The notes under the pieces are model-generated. The model did not search any database and was not told where the DNA came from. It saw nothing but the letters and a program-made list of their open reading frames with translations. A DNA stretch of 64,000 nt from Minisyncoccota bacterium (lineage in GTDB: Bacteria; Patescibacteriota; Minisyncoccia; Phycocordibacterales; UBA2100): positions 26,767-90,766 of the forward strand of contig JAYWCB010000011.1 in the NCBI GenBank assembly GCA_043780835.1, read 5' to 3'. Of this stretch, positions 50,880 through 59,276 are shown one piece after another. The translations under genes were made by a program, and so were the position numbers. Every line of letters begins with the position of its first letter. The first letter of the stretch is position 1.

Positions 50880-52214
50880 ATGACATTGAAGAAAACGATA
50901 CTCCCGTTTTTTGTGTTGTGTATTCTTGCTGCGGGGCTTCTTCCATTCGTCGTGCGGGCGGACTCTGATCTCACCGTTTTGCCCATTGTTGTTGATGAAA
51001 AAGCAAAAGCACGCGATATCTTGAAAGAATCGGTCACGATCACAAATAATAGTGCGCGCGTGCTCCAAATATATCCGTCGGTCAACGACGTAAAACCGCA
51101 GGAAGGCCAAAGGGCATTTATTGAGGCACAAAGCGGCACCGAACGCTCTGACTCATTGGCCAATTGGATAGAAATCTCTCGCGGAGTCATTGAATTGAAG
51201 CCGAAAGAGTCAAAAGAGATTCCGTTTGTCATTCGTGTGAATCTCAATGCGGTCGCAGGCACCTATCACGCTGACGTTTCTTTCTATGAAGGCGGTAACC
51301 GTGAGGACGCCGAGAAAACGCACCCGCTCTCAGTCGTGACCGTAAACACCGAGGTGCAGGCGAATATAAAAGAGTCAATGCAGTTGAATAAATTTGTTAC
51401 GGATAGTTTTTTCTTCTCCGGAGATGACGTGTTGTTCAACTATCAGCTAGAGAATATCGGTAACCAGGAATTGAAACCGAAAGGGGAGATTCGTATTTAT
51501 GATCGCAAGGGCCACGAGGTTGCGACGGTGCCGGTGAACCCGGACGGCAAAAGCTTTACACCCGATCAGGCTGCACAGCTTGCAAGTGCATGGAGCGCAG
51601 CCAGAGGGTTCGGTAAATTCAAGGCGTTTCTCAATATAGATTACGGCAACGGTAACGGCTCGCTGCAGGATACTGTCTTTTTCTGGATTATTCCATGGCA
51701 GCAGTTGCTCGCAATTGTGGTGGTGAGCATCATTGGGATCATTGTGTCTGCGTTGTATTTCCACCGATGGCTTGAACAGCGTCACATGCAGCGCTTTGCG
51801 CTCGCAACCGGAATGCCAATGGCCGGAGCGGGTGTTGCAGCCATGCAAGCACCTCCTGGGATGCTCACACAGAAAAGACCCCCGCACATGACGACCGTCA
51901 TGCCGGTAATTCCAAAACAGGAGAAAAAGAGCTTCTTTTCACGATTTCGTCGCGCGAATAAGGCGCCCATCGTTGCAAGTGTGCAAAACACTTCGCCAAT
52001 TCCCACCGTGGTGCCGGCAGCTGCGCTGCTCACACCACCTGTGCATAATGCCGATCAATCACAAATTATTGTCCACGGGGAGGAGTCGGCATCTGCTCCG
52101 GTGCAGACGCTCGCGCCACAATCCAATCGCACCATCAATCTGTCGTCGACCAACATGGGCACGTCGCCGCAAAAAAACCCGGGGCGCGTGATAAATCTAA
52201 AAAACGGCTCATGA
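50880..52214 (+). CDS. DUF916/DUF3324-like membrane protein with Pro-rich cytoplasmic tail
   Basis: SLANWIEI......L.P.E...IPF.IRV..NA..GTYHA; EN.GN..LKP.G.I.I; FWIIPW plus TM. Confidence 0.78.
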   Translation: MTLKKTILPFFVLCILAAGLLPFVVRADSDLTVLPIVVDEKAKARDILKESVTITNNSARVLQIYPSVNDVKPQEGQRAFIEAQSGTERSDSLANWIEISRGVIELKPKESKEIPFVIRVNLNAVAGTYHADVSFYEGGNREDAEKTHPLSVVTVNTEVQANIKESMQLNKFVTDSFFFSGDDVLFNYQLENIGNQELKPKGEIRIYDRKGHEVATVPVNPDGKSFTPDQAAQLASAWSAARGFGKFKAFLNIDYGNGNGSLQDTVFFWIIPWQQLLAIVVVSIIGIIVSALYFHRWLEQRHMQRFALATGMPMAGAGVAAMQAPPGMLTQKRPPHMTTVMPVIPKQEKKSFFSRFRRANKAPIVASVQNTSPIPTVVPAAALLTPPVHNADQSQIIVHGEESASAPVQTLAPQSNRTINLSSTNMGTSPQKNPGRVINLKNGS

Positions 52215-53536
52215 TGCACAGTTTTCGCACGGTCTTTTTTACTGCACTCATCCTGTGCACATGGCTTTTCGGCATCACGAGTGTGTCCGCCCAGGAATCA
52301 CTCTCTGTTACGGTCACGCCGCCACTGTTTCAGCTCAGTATCGGTCCCGGTGAATCATGGACGAGCACGATCAAAGTTATCAACAATAATTCGTATGACG
52401 TACAGTATGCGCCGCAGGTCGTCGATTTTGAAGCGCAAGGGGAGACCGGCCAGGGAAAGTTTGTGCCGCTCATTAATGCGTTCGGAGGTGGCGAACAAAG
52501 CAGTAATTCACTCGGGAGCTGGATAGAAATTTCCAAAGATCCGGTGCTTATACGTTCTGGACAGAGCGCGCAACTCAATTTTACGGTCCATGTACCGCAA
52601 AACGCCGAACCGGGCGGGCATTACGCTGCGATCATGGTCGGACCCCACGAAGCAGATACCGCACAAGGATCGCACATGAAAATATCGAGCTATGTTACGT
52701 CGCTTATCATGGTGCGAATCAAGGGGGATATTGTGGAAAGCGGGCGTATTCGTGAATTCACGACTGATAGATCGCTCTATCAGAAGCCGGAAGCGCAGTT
52801 TGTTCTGCGATTCGAAAACACCGGCAATACGCACTTGCGCCCACAGGGTCTTATTACGCTTCACAACATGTGGGGAAAAGAGCGCGGTCAAGTGCTCATT
52901 AATGAGAAGAGTAATTTCGGCAACGTGTTACCGCACTCAATTCGCAAGTTCGAATTCACGTGGAATGGTGAAGACAGCCTATTTGATATCGGTTTATATA
53001 GTGCGGTCGTTACGCTCAACTATGGCGACGATGCGAAGCAAAATGCTTCCGCAACAAGTTATTTTTGGGTGGTCCCGGTGGTGCCGGTGACTATCACGCT
53101 CATCATAGTGCTTAGTATTGTGCTTATTCTAATGTGGTTTATACGACGGTATGTACGCCGCGCGCTCTCACTCGAGCATCTTCATGTCGCGGCTGGCGCA
53201 CACCCGAATGTGCCGGATCGCCAGGAACCGCCTATGATTGAACACGTCTCTACGCTTCGCGCGCTCGTGCAGCCCATAAAAGACGGTGTTGTTGACCTTC
53301 GAAGCGTCGGCACTGTTATTGAACAGAATGGGGTAGTCGCGACACCTACATATATTCGTCCGCTTACATTTGGCGGTTTTGTTCGCAAATACCGACTTTT
53401 CTTTGCTTTTTTACTGGTGCTCGCGGTACTTCTCGTTGGTATATCGCTCTATTTCAAGGCAGTGCTCGTGTCGCACCGTGATTTCCAAATCAAAGCAATC
53501 GCACCCGCGAGCAGCTCATCTGCCTCAGTTCGCTAG
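52211..53536 (+). CDS. DUF916/DUF3324-like membrane protein with two C-terminal TMs
   Basis: SLGSWIEI...VP.NAEPGGHYAAI; RFENTGNTHLRPQG; FWVVP plus TM. Confidence 0.8.
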   Translation: MMHSFRTVFFTALILCTWLFGITSVSAQESLSVTVTPPLFQLSIGPGESWTSTIKVINNNSYDVQYAPQVVDFEAQGETGQGKFVPLINAFGGGEQSSNSLGSWIEISKDPVLIRSGQSAQLNFTVHVPQNAEPGGHYAAIMVGPHEADTAQGSHMKISSYVTSLIMVRIKGDIVESGRIREFTTDRSLYQKPEAQFVLRFENTGNTHLRPQGLITLHNMWGKERGQVLINEKSNFGNVLPHSIRKFEFTWNGEDSLFDIGLYSAVVTLNYGDDAKQNASATSYFWVVPVVPVTITLIIVLSIVLILMWFIRRYVRRALSLEHLHVAAGAHPNVPDRQEPPMIEHVSTLRALVQPIKDGVVDLRSVGTVIEQNGVVATPTYIRPLTFGGFVRKYRLFFAFLLVLAVLLVGISLYFKAVLVSHRDFQIKAIAPASSSSASVR

Positions 53537-53600
53537 TTTTCCACAGGATATCAACCGGGTTTTCCACCGACATATCCTCTGATCGAGACCGTTATCCACA
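53537..53600 (+). promoter_or_regulatory. DnaA-box pair upstream of the 383-aa subunit gene
   Basis: TTTTCCACA 53537-53545 and TTATCCACA 53592-53600. Confidence 0.5.
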
Positions 53601-53803
53601 TGGTTGTGCTTGATATCAACTGATTTGTCAACAGTATGCCGTATACTTTACCCATGCGAGTTTATTCGGCGCCGTACGTTTCTAGCTGCTTTGGTCGAGC
53701 AATAGCAGGTGGATGCGTATTTTCTCTCTAGGCGCAGAACAGATCGCTCATTAGAAGAAACTATTAGTACGCTTAAAAACAAACGACAGTTCAATTTATT
53801 TAT

Positions 53804-54955
53804 ATGAACGTATTCGAACAAGCAAAGAAAAATCCGATCGCATCGTTCTTGTCGTCGCCGATCGCGTTGGTTCTCATTATATCGACCCTCTTGTGGGCGA
53901 CAGGACTCCCGCTCTTGGTTTCGCGAGCCGACGCTGCGCAGCTCACGTTAGTGAGTGACACACTGACCGACTCTAATCCGAGTACCGCGAATCGCAACGT
54001 TATCAAATTCACATCAGCCACATCATCAATCGCAGGTCAGACTATAGCGATAGTGTGGGATCCAGTAGGAAGCGCGTTCTCACAAGTTGCACTTACCGCA
54101 ACGACGACGCAGATAACAGTCACCGGCATGACGCTCGTGACTACATGCGGTGGTGCTGCCGATGAAGTCACGGTACAGCAGGTATACACAGCGGGTAGTG
54201 AAGGTGTCGTATTTACGGTGTGTGCTACTGACACGGTGACCCCTGGAGCAAAGATCATTACCCTGGGAACATCCACGCCCTTCATTTCGAATCCTGCTGC
54301 CGCAGGTTCGTATCGGATTACTGTCACCGGCACAAATGGTGATACGGGAGAAGCGCGGGTCGCAATACTTCCACATGTAACCGTAACCGCTGCAGTGGAC
54401 ACCACGTTCACCTTTACTGTTGCAGGTCTCGCGACCTCAACGACGGTGAACGGTGATACGTTGACGGGTTCTACAACGGCCACGGTGATTGCATTCGGAA
54501 CGCTTGCTCCGACGGTTGCAAAGATAATGGGTCAACAGTTAAGCGTAACCACAAACGCATCAAACGGATTCTCCGTTACCGTTGTTGAGAATCAAAACCT
54601 CTTATCGGCAACGGGAGCAGACATTGACCTCTTCCAGGATGGCGCTGCTACCGCAGTTCCGATCGCCTGGGCGTCTCCCACAAACACACTTGCGGCAGGT
54701 GAAGCGAGTTATGGTCACATAGGTGTGACAAGCGAAGACACTACATTGTCCGCTGGCGCTGAATTCTCGGGCACAAAATATGCTGGTAACTTCAATACCG
54801 CGCGACAAGTGTTCTACAGCACAACGCCGGCCGATGGTACAACTGCCGGTGTAGGCACAACGAAAGTTGCGTACAAGGTAGAAATCGGTTCACTGCAGGA
54901 AGCAGGTTCTGATTACACCAACATCCTCACGTACGTTGCAACGCCGATCTTCTAA
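53804..54955 (+). CDS. Secreted T/A-rich WxL-like protein (candidate major subunit B)
   Basis: Signal peptide; VTVTAAVD..FTFTV, FGTL, LSVTTNA.NGF, YVATPIF; own long leader and terminator. Confidence 0.8.
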   Translation: MNVFEQAKKNPIASFLSSPIALVLIISTLLWATGLPLLVSRADAAQLTLVSDTLTDSNPSTANRNVIKFTSATSSIAGQTIAIVWDPVGSAFSQVALTATTTQITVTGMTLVTTCGGAADEVTVQQVYTAGSEGVVFTVCATDTVTPGAKIITLGTSTPFISNPAAAGSYRITVTGTNGDTGEARVAILPHVTVTAAVDTTFTFTVAGLATSTTVNGDTLTGSTTATVIAFGTLAPTVAKIMGQQLSVTTNASNGFSVTVVENQNLLSATGADIDLFQDGAATAVPIAWASPTNTLAAGEASYGHIGVTSEDTTLSAGAEFSGTKYAGNFNTARQVFYSTTPADGTTAGVGTTKVAYKVEIGSLQEAGSDYTNILTYVATPIF

Positions 54956-54969
54956 GCTCGAAAAACAGT

Positions 54970-55006
54970 CAAACAAAAACCCGCGAACTACGCGGGTTTT
55001 TGTTTG
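54970..55006 (+). terminator. Intrinsic terminator
   Basis: CAAACAAAAACCCGCG-aacta-CGCGGGTTTTTGTTTG, perfect 16-bp stem. Confidence 0.9.
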
Positions 55007-55028
55007 GAATTTTATCCAGAGTAGCGCT

Positions 55029-55058
55029 GCAAGCCGATGGCAAGCCGATGGCAAGCCG
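55029..55058 (+). repeat. 11-bp tandem repeat GCAAGCCGATG (about 2.7 copies)
   Basis: Read directly at 55029, 55040, 55051. Confidence 0.8.
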
Positions 55059-55093
55059 TGGTACAGTTCACGCATAATAATAGCCGCATTGAT

Positions 55094-56158
55094 ATGAGAG
55101 ATTCCCGCACCACATACGTTTTTTACGGTTTTTTGATCGCATTTTTAACATTGGTCGGTGCGCAGAGTGCAGGCGCGCAAGCGCAGGGGATCTCTATTAA
55201 ACCCGCAGTGATTGAAGATCGGGTTGCCCCGGGTGCTGTGTACAACTACTCAATCAAAGTCACCAATGTTTCTGATGCGGAAAAGACATATTTTCTCAGT
55301 GCGCAGGATATCAAAGGGCTCGATAACGGCGGGCTTCCGATATTCGCAACCGATAGCGAAAAGACGCCATACGAACTGAGTTCATGGATCTCGCTTTCAG
55401 TAACATCGGTAACGATCGCCCCGCATCAGGAAAAAGAAGTTTCTTTTTCGGTTCGTGTGCCGCAGGATGCTTCACCCGGCGCGCACTTTGGGGGAATTTT
55501 CCTCGACGACACACCGGCGAAATTACACTCAACCGGATCTTCTATCGCTATGAAAGTCGGACCGATTATCAACCTGCGCATTGCGGGGAATGCGACAGAG
55601 GACGCACAAATGCGAGAATTCTCGACTGCGCACATTGTGTACGGGTCAGCGGGAGATGTGTCATTTCAGGTGAAGGTCGCAAACCTCGGTAATGTGCTGG
55701 TGCGACCACGCGGATTTATCGAAATTACTGACATGCGCGGATCCAAAATCGATGTTATTAAACTGAATGATGCGGGCGCCGGAGTTTTTCCTGCTGCAGA
55801 CAAGATCTTTAGTGTGGCGTGGAAATACGACAGGTTTGCATTTGGTCGTTATCAAGCGGTCGCGAGCTTGGTGTACGGAGAAGATGGGCAGAAAACTATC
55901 AGTGCAGCAACGAGCTTCTGGGTATTGCCGTTGAAACCGATTCTCACGGTGCTTGGTTCCATCTTTGTGGTATTACTCATACTCTACGTACTCGTACGCA
56001 CCTATATCTCCCGCAAACTTCGCGAGATGGGCGGTAGCAGGAGTGATTTATATGCGAAGCGGAATCAGTCTCCGGTGCCGCGACTGCTCGTCGTTGCGCT
56101 TTCTTTGCTATTCCTTGCGATTGTGTTTCTCGTGCTCTTGTTCCTCATGTTTGCCTAA
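55094..56158 (+). CDS. DUF916/DUF3324-like membrane protein with two C-terminal TMs
   Basis: LSSWISL...VP.DASPGAHFGGI; N.GNVLVRPRG; FGRY.A; FWVLP plus TM. Confidence 0.8.
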   Translation: MRDSRTTYVFYGFLIAFLTLVGAQSAGAQAQGISIKPAVIEDRVAPGAVYNYSIKVTNVSDAEKTYFLSAQDIKGLDNGGLPIFATDSEKTPYELSSWISLSVTSVTIAPHQEKEVSFSVRVPQDASPGAHFGGIFLDDTPAKLHSTGSSIAMKVGPIINLRIAGNATEDAQMREFSTAHIVYGSAGDVSFQVKVANLGNVLVRPRGFIEITDMRGSKIDVIKLNDAGAGVFPAADKIFSVAWKYDRFAFGRYQAVASLVYGEDGQKTISAATSFWVLPLKPILTVLGSIFVVLLILYVLVRTYISRKLREMGGSRSDLYAKRNQSPVPRLLVVALSLLFLAIVFLVLLFLMFA

Positions 56159-56167
56159 ACAATGCGT

Positions 56168-56557
56168 ATGGCGAGACGCAAGCATACATACGCTGACGAA
56201 AAAGAAGTCATTCGGCGAACCGTGGTGGTTATAGCGTTGGTTTTGTTTATCTATGCCACGTCGATTGATTCACCGCGCGCGCTTGTGCAGACAGCTGGCT
56301 CAATGGTGGGGAGCGCGGTTGTGGGAATGTCGGCCGGCGTTGAGGCGAATCCGTATAACAAAGTTGCAGCAGAGCTTTCTCAAAAGCAATCTGAGCTTGA
56401 CGCGCGCGAAGCCGCGCTCAATGCGTCGCCCGGCGGATCACTTGCGGGTACGCGGGGGCTCGCCGCAGCAAGTTTTTGTATCAGCATCATCGTGCTCATA
56501 CTCGTGGCCGCGAACTACTATATGGATTTTCGGCGAGGCAGGCGATTATTCGCGTAA
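56168..56557 (+). CDS. Two-TM protein with short coiled coil
   Basis: GMSAGVE.NPYN..A.EL..K..EL..RE; ILV..NYY.D.RR. Confidence 0.72.
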   Translation: MARRKHTYADEKEVIRRTVVVIALVLFIYATSIDSPRALVQTAGSMVGSAVVGMSAGVEANPYNKVAAELSQKQSELDAREAALNASPGGSLAGTRGLAAASFCISIIVLILVAANYYMDFRRGRRLFA

Positions 56558-56587
56558 GTATCTTTTTGTCACGCTATAATAGAGCGA

Positions 56588-56708
56588 ATGAATCCCGTTA
56601 GAAATCGCGGACGCGTGAAATTGAGCATTTTAAAGGTCGATTCTATGAGATCCTATAAATTTAGGACGGGACTCTTTATGGTCCGCGTCCTATTTCTAAC
56701 GGGATGAA
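56588..56708. mobile_element. Palindromic MITE-like insertion flanked by ATGAA direct repeats at a start codon
   Basis: ATGAA at 56588 and 56704; perfect IR TCCCGTTAGAAAT (56593-56605) / ATTTCTAACGGGA (56692-56704), inner GGACGCG/CGCGTCC. Confidence 0.75.
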
Positions 56709-57549
56709 AGCGCTCCTTCGATGGATCGTGGTCACACTCTGCACGGTCGTGCTCACGACTGTCGGTTTGAATGCGTTTGATAACAGAGACACGCCGCAAA
56801 ATTCAATGCTCGGCGCCGCATTCAGCGCAGTTGCGGGCCCGGCGAGTAAATGTCCGGCCGGAATGACATTTGTCGGCGCGTCAGGCGGCGGTTTTTGTAT
56901 CGACAAGTACGAAGACTCTGTTGGAGATTCATGTAACAAAAAAGATCCTGGCAGTAAAACCGATTCGAGCGATAATCTTGCAATTACTGCATGCAAACCA
57001 GCGAGCGCAGCTAAGAAATTGCCGTGGAGAAATATTTCCCGCGATCAAGCCGAGCTCGCATGCGCGCGCGCCGGAAAGCGACTGCCGAGCGCCCCGGAGT
57101 GGTATAAAGCCGCGCTCGGCACGCCCGATAGCGATACACCAAACGCTACCAGCTGCAATATCGGTCTCAAGGGCGCAGGATCGCTTGATATGACCGGTGC
57201 CCGCACTGACTGTGTATCGCCCGCAGGTGCGTACGACATGGTAGGCAACGCGTGGGAGTGGATGCAAGACACGGTGACTGACGGCGAGTTTCATGGAAAG
57301 AAATTGCCGACGGAAGGGTATATAACGGGAATCGACGGCGACGGCACACCAATTGCAACGAATCATGATATGCCCGATACATCTTTTTTTAGCGACTACT
57401 TTTGGATTGATCCCACAGATACGCGCGGAATATTGCGCGGTGGCTATTGGAACAGTCAATCGGATGCTGGGCAGTATGCGATCAATATTACCGTTCCGCC
57501 GTCGTTCTCCGGTGAAGCTGCAGGATTCCGATGCGTGAAAGATATTTAG
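56704..57549 (+). CDS. Membrane-anchored FGE-sulfatase/SUMF1 (C-type lectin fold) domain protein
   Basis: CP.GM, FCIDKYE, C...GKRLP...EW..A, YDMVGNAWEW, RGGYW, GFRC. Confidence 0.9.
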   Translation: MKALLRWIVVTLCTVVLTTVGLNAFDNRDTPQNSMLGAAFSAVAGPASKCPAGMTFVGASGGGFCIDKYEDSVGDSCNKKDPGSKTDSSDNLAITACKPASAAKKLPWRNISRDQAELACARAGKRLPSAPEWYKAALGTPDSDTPNATSCNIGLKGAGSLDMTGARTDCVSPAGAYDMVGNAWEWMQDTVTDGEFHGKKLPTEGYITGIDGDGTPIATNHDMPDTSFFSDYFWIDPTDTRGILRGGYWNSQSDAGQYAINITVPPSFSGEAAGFRCVKDI

Positions 57550-57550
57550 T

Positions 57551-59266
57551 ATGAAAAGACTTTTCAGTTTTGGTGTTTTCTTTATTATCGTATGTACCGG
57601 TCCGCATACTGCGAACGCGGCATACATGTCTCCGATATCGGATTTATTTTCAACGTCGAATCCTGGAGCCGATGCAGCGCATATTATTACTTTTACGGTA
57701 CGCAATGCTGTTCCCGCGTCGGGCACCATACGTATTACACCGGAAGGCGCCTTCTTCATTCCCGCGAGTTTCGATTTCACCGACGTGGATGTGGCCGTTT
57801 CAAACGGGGGCCCGTATGTCGATCGAAATCTTGCGGCCTCGGCAAGCGGAAGCGCGGACGGGGTTACCGTTATAAGCGGTTCAACGGGCTCAATAATCAT
57901 TACGCTTTCTTCTGCGAGCGGCATTGCCGCCAATTCGTCGGTACGAATCATTCTCGGAACCAATGCGACGTTTCAGCAAACAGGCACGGTCTCACCGATA
58001 AATCCCATCGTACCGGCGTCATATCGCGTTCGTATTGATACGGAAAACGCAGGTGTCCACATCGATGACGCAAAAGCTATGGTTGTGGTGGTGTCGCCCG
58101 TAACACTCACAGCCATTGTGAATGACAATGCGCCGCAAATACTCAATGCGCTTCCGACCGGCATTCTTCCTGCAGGAAGCAACGTGATCGAGCTTTCTTT
58201 TCAAACGAATGTTACGGCAACGTGTCGATATGCGACATCGTCCGGTGTTGCGTACGGGTCAATGACACACACCTTTTCTTCCGTTGGGGGCCAGTTGTTT
58301 TATAGCGTCGTCTCCGGGCACGTTGATAACACCACGTACAGCTACTTTATTCGCTGTCGCGATACCGCGGGCGCGACGGCCCAAACAGATTACGAGCTCA
58401 CCTTTGCCCTGGGCGTGACTCCGACAAATACATCATCGGACGGCAATACGCCAAACATTATTACTGCAGGGCCACCGAGCGGTTCGGGAGGTTCCGGCGG
58501 AGTGGGAGAGTTTGCAGGTGGAAGCGCATCACTGTTCCAATCGTCAATTACGCTCTCCGGTCGAGCGCCCGCAAATAGTGCGGTCACCATATTGAAAGAC
58601 GGCAAACAGCAATCGTCGGTGCAGGCAACAGCAAGCGGAGCATTTGCGGCGACTATCACGAGACTTGATCGCGGCACGTACACACTTGTTACCTTTGCGC
58701 TTGATGACAAACAACGCAAAACGTCACGTTTTTCCTCTACGCTCACACTGAATGCTGGTACAAATAATACGATTTCGAATGTACTTCTTTCTCCAACTAT
58801 TGCAGCAGATGGGGAGTCAGTTCCAATCGGGGAAAACATGCATGTTGCGGGCTTTGGCGTGCCTGACACGATCGTGAATATACTGTTACGTGATGTGCCC
58901 GCTCCAGGAAAGGTGGGTCCACCAAAAGAATACACCGCCTCTACAACACAAACGGGCACATGGGAGTATTCGATTCCGGCCAAAGATCTCAAGCGCGGTA
59001 CCTATGAAATAAAGGTCAAAACGGTGACTCCGGAGGCGTCGAGTGAATACAACGCCCCCGCATATGTGGGTGTGGGCCAAAAACCATCGGCACAAGCCGA
59101 TACCGGCAATCGCTCGGACATCAATAAAGACGGCAAAGTCAATCTCGTTGATTTCTCTATTTTGCTCACGCATTGGAATGAGAGCGATCCCAACGCGGAC
59201 ATAAATCTCGACGGTACCGTCAACCTGGCTGACTTCTCGATACTGCTCTTCAACTGGACAGGGTAG
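57551..59266 (+). CDS. Secreted protein: N-domain shared with 53804, Ig domains, C-terminal dockerin-like domain
   Basis: SD..S.SNP......I.FT ... NP....SYRV.I ... VTLTA.V; DINKDGKVNLVDFS ... DINLDGTVNLADFS..LFNWTG. Confidence 0.85.
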   Translation: MKRLFSFGVFFIIVCTGPHTANAAYMSPISDLFSTSNPGADAAHIITFTVRNAVPASGTIRITPEGAFFIPASFDFTDVDVAVSNGGPYVDRNLAASASGSADGVTVISGSTGSIIITLSSASGIAANSSVRIILGTNATFQQTGTVSPINPIVPASYRVRIDTENAGVHIDDAKAMVVVVSPVTLTAIVNDNAPQILNALPTGILPAGSNVIELSFQTNVTATCRYATSSGVAYGSMTHTFSSVGGQLFYSVVSGHVDNTTYSYFIRCRDTAGATAQTDYELTFALGVTPTNTSSDGNTPNIITAGPPSGSGGSGGVGEFAGGSASLFQSSITLSGRAPANSAVTILKDGKQQSSVQATASGAFAATITRLDRGTYTLVTFALDDKQRKTSRFSSTLTLNAGTNNTISNVLLSPTIAADGESVPIGENMHVAGFGVPDTIVNILLRDVPAPGKVGPPKEYTASTTQTGTWEYSIPAKDLKRGTYEIKVKTVTPEASSEYNAPAYVGVGQKPSAQADTGNRSDINKDGKVNLVDFSILLTHWNESDPNADINLDGTVNLADFSILLFNWTG

Positions 59267-59276
59267 AATAGCGCCT

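Noticed and set aside
53537-53803. Replication origin
   Set aside because: Only two good DnaA boxes, no dnaA/dnaN nearby and no clear unwinding element
56704-57549. Complete diversity-generating retroelement
   Set aside because: No reverse transcriptase, Avd or template repeat recognisable in the window
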